The translations under genes and the position numbers were made by a program. Positions 58,675 to 64,000 of a stretch of 64,000 nucleotides of DNA are shown here, piece by piece. Origin of the DNA: Selaginella moellendorffii (lineage: Eukaryota > Plantae > Lycopodiophyta); the NCBI RefSeq assembly GCF_000143415.4, contig NW_003314304.1, forward strand, positions 1,478,841 through 1,542,840, read 5' to 3'. A model generated the notes under the pieces. That model was given only the letters and a program-made list of their open reading frames with translations. It was not told the origin of the DNA and ran no database searches. How positions within the stretch are numbered: the stretch's first letter is position 1; the number at the start of each line of letters is the position of its first letter.

Positions 58675-61600
58675 AAGAACTTTGCCAAGCCCAAAGTCGT
58701 TGATGTTAAGCTAGGCCGTGCTTGAAGCGCGTGATGATGATCATGAAAGTTCCTGTTGAGATGCTCGGTGGATTCTCAGTGTCTCCAGCTCGAGACTTAT
58801 CGATCAATCCACAGTGTGCGGCAGCCATCGTTTCGCTCGATCGCTCCCTCATTTGCAAAAGCTCGGACTTCACGATCCTTCTCTTTCTGCCATGGATTCC
58901 TCCATGAAGAGACCACCGAGCCAAGTTGCGAGAGTGAGGTTAAGCTGTAGTGATCTTACGGACATCCTCTTTTTGGATTGCTTCCTTTTTTACTCCGCGT
59001 ATCGTATCGACACTGTTGTAGAAGAAACAAACGAGTTTTGGAGGTAGCAACTTCCCTTCCGTTTGATTGATACATGAAGAACAAGACATCGCTCGCAAGT
59101 GGAAGATCACACGGGAGATGTTTGGAGTCAAACTGGAACTTTCGTGATTGTTACGAGCACCTCCCCTGAATCCAGCGCCACACTATCTATCTGGTAATGT
59201 TTCAAAACGAGTAAACTAATCAGTGTTTGTTGGGAATGAATGTTTGTGCTGCTCGGCCACTTGCACTGCGGCAGCAGAGGAGGATGTTTTGCGGCAACTA
59301 TACCCGACTAAATCGAAGTACTTTAATTGCAATTTGCAAGATCACAAGTACTAGTCCTGAAGAAAAACAACGCGATGTGCTTATAATCAAGGCATTCATG
59401 CAACTCAAGTGGAAATTCACTATGTTTACCTGGGCTTTCCGAGGATGCTTCATCTGAATTGCATAGTGTCACCCTGCCGTATGAAAAAGACAAGAGAGAA
59501 ATTCTTACTCACTAGAGTTGAGGACATTTTATTCCTAGAAAATTACTATCAAGATTCTAATTCTAAAAGTTTTTCTTTTGTTTTCTTACAATTATAGTTT
59601 ATAGTTGATAACCTCCACTCCATAAACATAAGAAAATTAAAATATAAATATAGTAACAAGGATTCTTAAAAATTATTGCAAGAGTTTATATTACTATCTT
59701 TGCTCTTTGAGCTTATAGAGATTTTTTTCCATGCAATTAAAGAATTTCCTTGGAATTATGTGACACTAAGCTTGGCATTGATGTTTATATCCAAGACTTT
59801 GGGTTGAGGCTCACTCTAGATGAAAAAGTGGATGAGAGTAAATGTTACTTACATGACTAAGAGTTCTAAGTTATTAGTAGTGGCATTAAACTCTCCAAGG
59901 TGTAACTTTTAGTCCAAAAGTCCAATTTGACAATTTTACTCTAGCTACTACAATTTTTTCATTGTTGATACTCACTGTAGCTTCATTCAACTCTACACTC
60001 TTTTACTTGATTAAAGATGTAAAGTTTTGTGTCATGTTCTAGAATTTTGTCTATAGCTACAAGACCATAAATTTATCCATAAATGGATTGATATTACTAT
60101 AAATAATTAAAGAGAACAATTTGAGAGACAATCAATGGAGTTCAAATATAAAGGGAGGGCTCATGAATAAAAATGCATCTTATTTTTCAATCAGTATGTG
60201 TTTTGGGATATTTAGGGTTCAATGTTCTTGGGTTTAAGTAAAATATTAGGATGGGTGACTTTCTGGGAAGTTTAAATTTAGGAGTTTACATTTCATATTA
60301 GAAAGGTCTTGGGTTTAACTCTATTAGTTGACTTAGAGGAATCACATCACATATTAATTAACATTTAGCAGGTTTAATTTGCTGCAACTAAGCTCGACCT
60401 AAGGGGTAGGGTGTCAAGAGAATGGGGCTCTCGACTTCTATTCATGAGGGCATAAACTTACAGAGAAGCGTGGTAGATTGTAGGCAACCAAAGAGAATGA
60501 CTTAAAAAATGATCCATGGGGTTTAAATATAGAGGAAAAAGGCCTATGAATAAACATGCACCCCCTTTTCCAATTGGTCAATGGTCATATTTGGGGTTAA
60601 GCATCTCTAGGCTGGGTGGGAAGTCCAAATTCAAGAACTTACAATTACTTCAATGCAAAGGTATAGTTTTCAACTTCTCTCTCTTCCTTTCATATTCTTT
60701 TTTTTGTTTTGCACTATGTAGTGAGTGAAATGCTTTCACTTGTAAGTTTCTCGCAGGTGCGTGAATAAGACTTGATTAAATCTTATAACCTGCTTTTCCA
60801 AAGTTACATTTAAGATGGCCGAGTGAGCAGTGTGATGTGCTTTTACAATCAAGTGAATAGTGTCTTGACTTCTGCTAATCAAAGTTTGCTTATGGATATA
60901 ATGTAAAATAGGTGGGGATGCAATAGGTTTGTTCATTTTTCTCCTAAAGAAAAATCATTCTTTTACTTCTTGTTAAATATATAGTTTTTGATTGTGATGT
61001 TCTTCACGTTTTTTTGAAGGGTGTAACATATGCTCCCTCAGCCAAAGATGTAATTGTTGATTCTATATTATAGGTAAAAGTTTGATAATTAGGATTGTTG
61101 CAGGTTTCAATCTTAATTTTGATACCAATTTTTAAAGTTTTACCAAGTTTATTTTAAATTAATAAGTTTAAAAATTTTTCTTGACAATCATGAGAAGTCA
61201 ACACTTTAAGTTGGAAAGATCACAAAGGTTAACCTTGACTATATAGTATCCAATTTTATTACAACTAAAATGTAGCTTGGATTATTCAATGATAATCTAA
61301 ACACTTAGCCATATGGAGATAAAATGATAATTATCAGCAACTTGCTCTAGATATTGCTTTCTAAGGAATTGTTCTTTTAAAAAACAATGGATTACTATTT
61401 TTATTCACAATCTTGAAAATTGTGGCTCTTATAAAAAATGATGTAAATATAACATATATGATATTTAGAAACTACAAATGTGAAAGATAAGTTTCTTCTC
61501 AAAACTCTTTAAATGTTACTTATGGTTTTATTGGAGAAATGTTATACAAGTATGTATCACTTTTGCAAAGCATGTAAATCAATAGCAATAACATCCTTTA

Positions 61601-64000
61601 TTCATAGTACTTCTTTCAAGAATGCAATTTCAATTCATCTCCAACATTTCAAATGCAACCACTTGTCCTATTATTCTTATGATCACTACTTTTTGTTGAT
61701 ATCTTAACTTTCAAGGACAACCCATGAATCTCAAGTGTTATTTGGTTTGGATATTTTAGTTAGTCCAAAGGTGCTACTCTCACTCATGTTATTTTTGGAA
61801 CATAAAATCTAAGTATTCCTTCTCTTCCTTTCTTTCTTTATAGTACAAAAATTGAATATAAAATTAAGTGGTCACTTGGTAAATACTTAGTACCACGAGG
61901 CATCCATAAATGTTTCCATGTTGGATATGAAAATGAAATACAATCCACTATTGATATCTAAGGAAAAGCTATCAATTTTAAATAAGGTTACTAACAACTT
62001 TAGTGATGGATTGTCCTAATCAACTTATTTGTATAAGTTTCTTTTAACACCAACAAAGCTTTCTTTCAAGAGCAAAAGAGGAAACTCTTGAGATTGTCCA
62101 ATTGTAAAGAGTAACAAAGATTAATCCAATCACTTACAAAATGATCTATAAATTTATAACAACATTTTGCCCAATCTCAGCAAAACCATTAGTAAATCAA
62201 AGTTCTAACCAACTTTTCATCTTTCCTTGATAATTTAGCTCCACTCGACTAGTATATAGAGCCCCAAGTTGAACAATGTACTTTCAAGATGGTCCTCTTT
62301 AACAAGTTCCATATATAAATAATATAGTGACTTACCCTTTCCTCTCTTGTGAATTATTGTTTAAAGAGAGTTTGTTTCTAATTCACTTAAATTTTCCCCT
62401 TCAGAAACCATTTAGTTTGGCATAAAATCTTAGCAACCCAATACTAAATACTAGCCCAAAACTTTGAGAAGAATATATCAACTAGTATATTAGTGATGAT
62501 TTGAAGCTTGTTTTGCCAATTTACAAGCTATGATAAACGATTCAGATATTGGTTCTCTAAATGAGGATGGGATAGAGATTGGGAGTAAGCCTAGGCAAAC
62601 ATCTCTAATCCAAACTTTTCCATTTTGCTCATAAACTTGATTAGCTTTGCAAAGGTTTCGATAGAGTTTGTTTTCAAATTTTTGCATGTTATAAATGTTT
62701 ATCAAGGCGATGTAAATAGGAGTACACTACAATTATGGCTTGTCTTTTTTGTTATGATGGTGGTGATCGCAACCATCACCATGCTTTCGGCATCGTTATA
62801 AATGATTAAATTTTCTTTTTTTACTTTAAGATCATCTAAAGGAGTCTCACTCATAATCTTTATAGGCCCTGATATTAATTTAAGTGTTTGTTAACCCTCA
62901 GATGTGTTTTTGCAACCACATCAACTTTGTACTTTGCTCTATGTGTCTAGTCCCACTTTGAATACCTAAAGGGCTACATAACCTCTCGGAAAGTCCAAAT
63001 TTAAAAACTTATATTTAGTATTAAAGAAGTCTTAAGTGTGACTCTATTAGTTGATTAAAAGAATTATACCACATGTTAAAATTGATATTTAATAGGTTTA
63101 GTTTACTCCAATTGGGCTTGACTCGACGGGTAGGGTGTTAAAAGAGCAAGGCTCTTAGAAAATCTGCAACTTTCAACTTCTATTTACGAGAGCGTAAACT
63201 TGCAAAAAAGCATGATGGATTATAAACAATAAAAAAAAATGACTCAAAAATTATTAATATTGTTTTAAATATAAAAATGTACCCTTTGTTCCAATTAGTT
63301 ATAAGTCTTTGGGTATTTGAGATTAAGCATCTTTAAATAATACGAGGTTGAATGATATTTTAGAAAGCTTAAATTCAGGAGATTATAGTGTCATAAACAA
63401 TATAAGTTTATGTTTGTAAAGAACATATCAAGAAAGAAAAAATTTTAAAATTACATAACCTTTTAAAAATGAAATATTTACTAGAATGCTAGAAATAAAT
63501 ATTTGGAGAGCCTTTTCATTAGAACTACTCCCAAATAACACTTGATGTGTTGCATATGAGTTCACAGTGAAAAATATCTTTATACTTCATTTTTAATAGA
63601 ATTATAAGTGGTGTTTAATGCATATTTTATATTTTCTAAAAGATATTTGCAAACACTTATAAAGAATTTGCTGTTAAATTATTGTCATTCAAGCACTTGC
63701 TTACAATAGTAAAAGTTCAATACAATGTTTGATTTTATAGGATGGCATATATGTATAATTGAGGAGAGTAAACAAATTTTTATATGGAGTTTAGTAAGTA
63801 AATAGAATTGTGTATAATAACAATTTTGATAAGTTTTTAAAGTGTAGTTTGTAACATCTTTTAACTAAACATTGATTCAAAAAATAGGTTGAAGTTGGTA
63901 AAGATAATATAAAGTTATCTTTAACAATATGTGATGATAAATAACAATTAAACATATATATTTAGTTTTGAAATGCACTATCTCAAAAGGTTTATTAATG
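57434..64000 (+). repeat. Segmental duplication copy 2, starting with a 35-bp EIN3 CDS fragment; runs off the window end
   Basis: 57434-57468 equals 39028-39062; 57470-57570 equals ~40323-40423; then collinear with 40777 onward. Confidence 0.93.
60757..61482 (+). pseudogene. BXL: GH3 beta-D-xylosidase relic, copy 2
   Basis: Paralog of 43208-43935 (DGRVSSVMCFYNQVN, GIVLLKNNG). Confidence 0.82.

Overview
Eukaryotic land-plant nuclear DNA. Very short introns (~50-70 bp), tight gene packing and the gene set suggest a lycophyte such as Selaginella (inference). Bases 293-5275 hold a full-length Ty3/Gypsy LTR retrotransposon with short LTRs, a 4-bp TSD, a tRNA-Ala PBS and a -1 frameshift/pseudoknot cassette. 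Bases ~6.2-40.1 kb are gene-dense: HIPP, tRNA-Glu, KCS, SEC14-like, an importin-beta plus its decayed tandem copy, inositol 5-phosphatase, an ultra-compact five-gene block (LRR protein, PDE338, VHA-C, IPMS, TyrRS; 60-107 bp spacers) and EIN3/EIL. Bases ~40.3-64 kb are a rearranged accessory zone. It contains a ~6 kb duplication of the EIN3 upstream region (with a tRNA-like Pol III-type element, an HMA fragment and a transition-riddled beta-xylosidase relic), a TORNADO1-like LRR-Roc-COR (Roco) gene followed by tandem diverged copies of its C-terminal module around an assembly gap, and KLHDC4-like and PHO1 pseudogenes. Gene boundaries were read by eye; no database searches were run.
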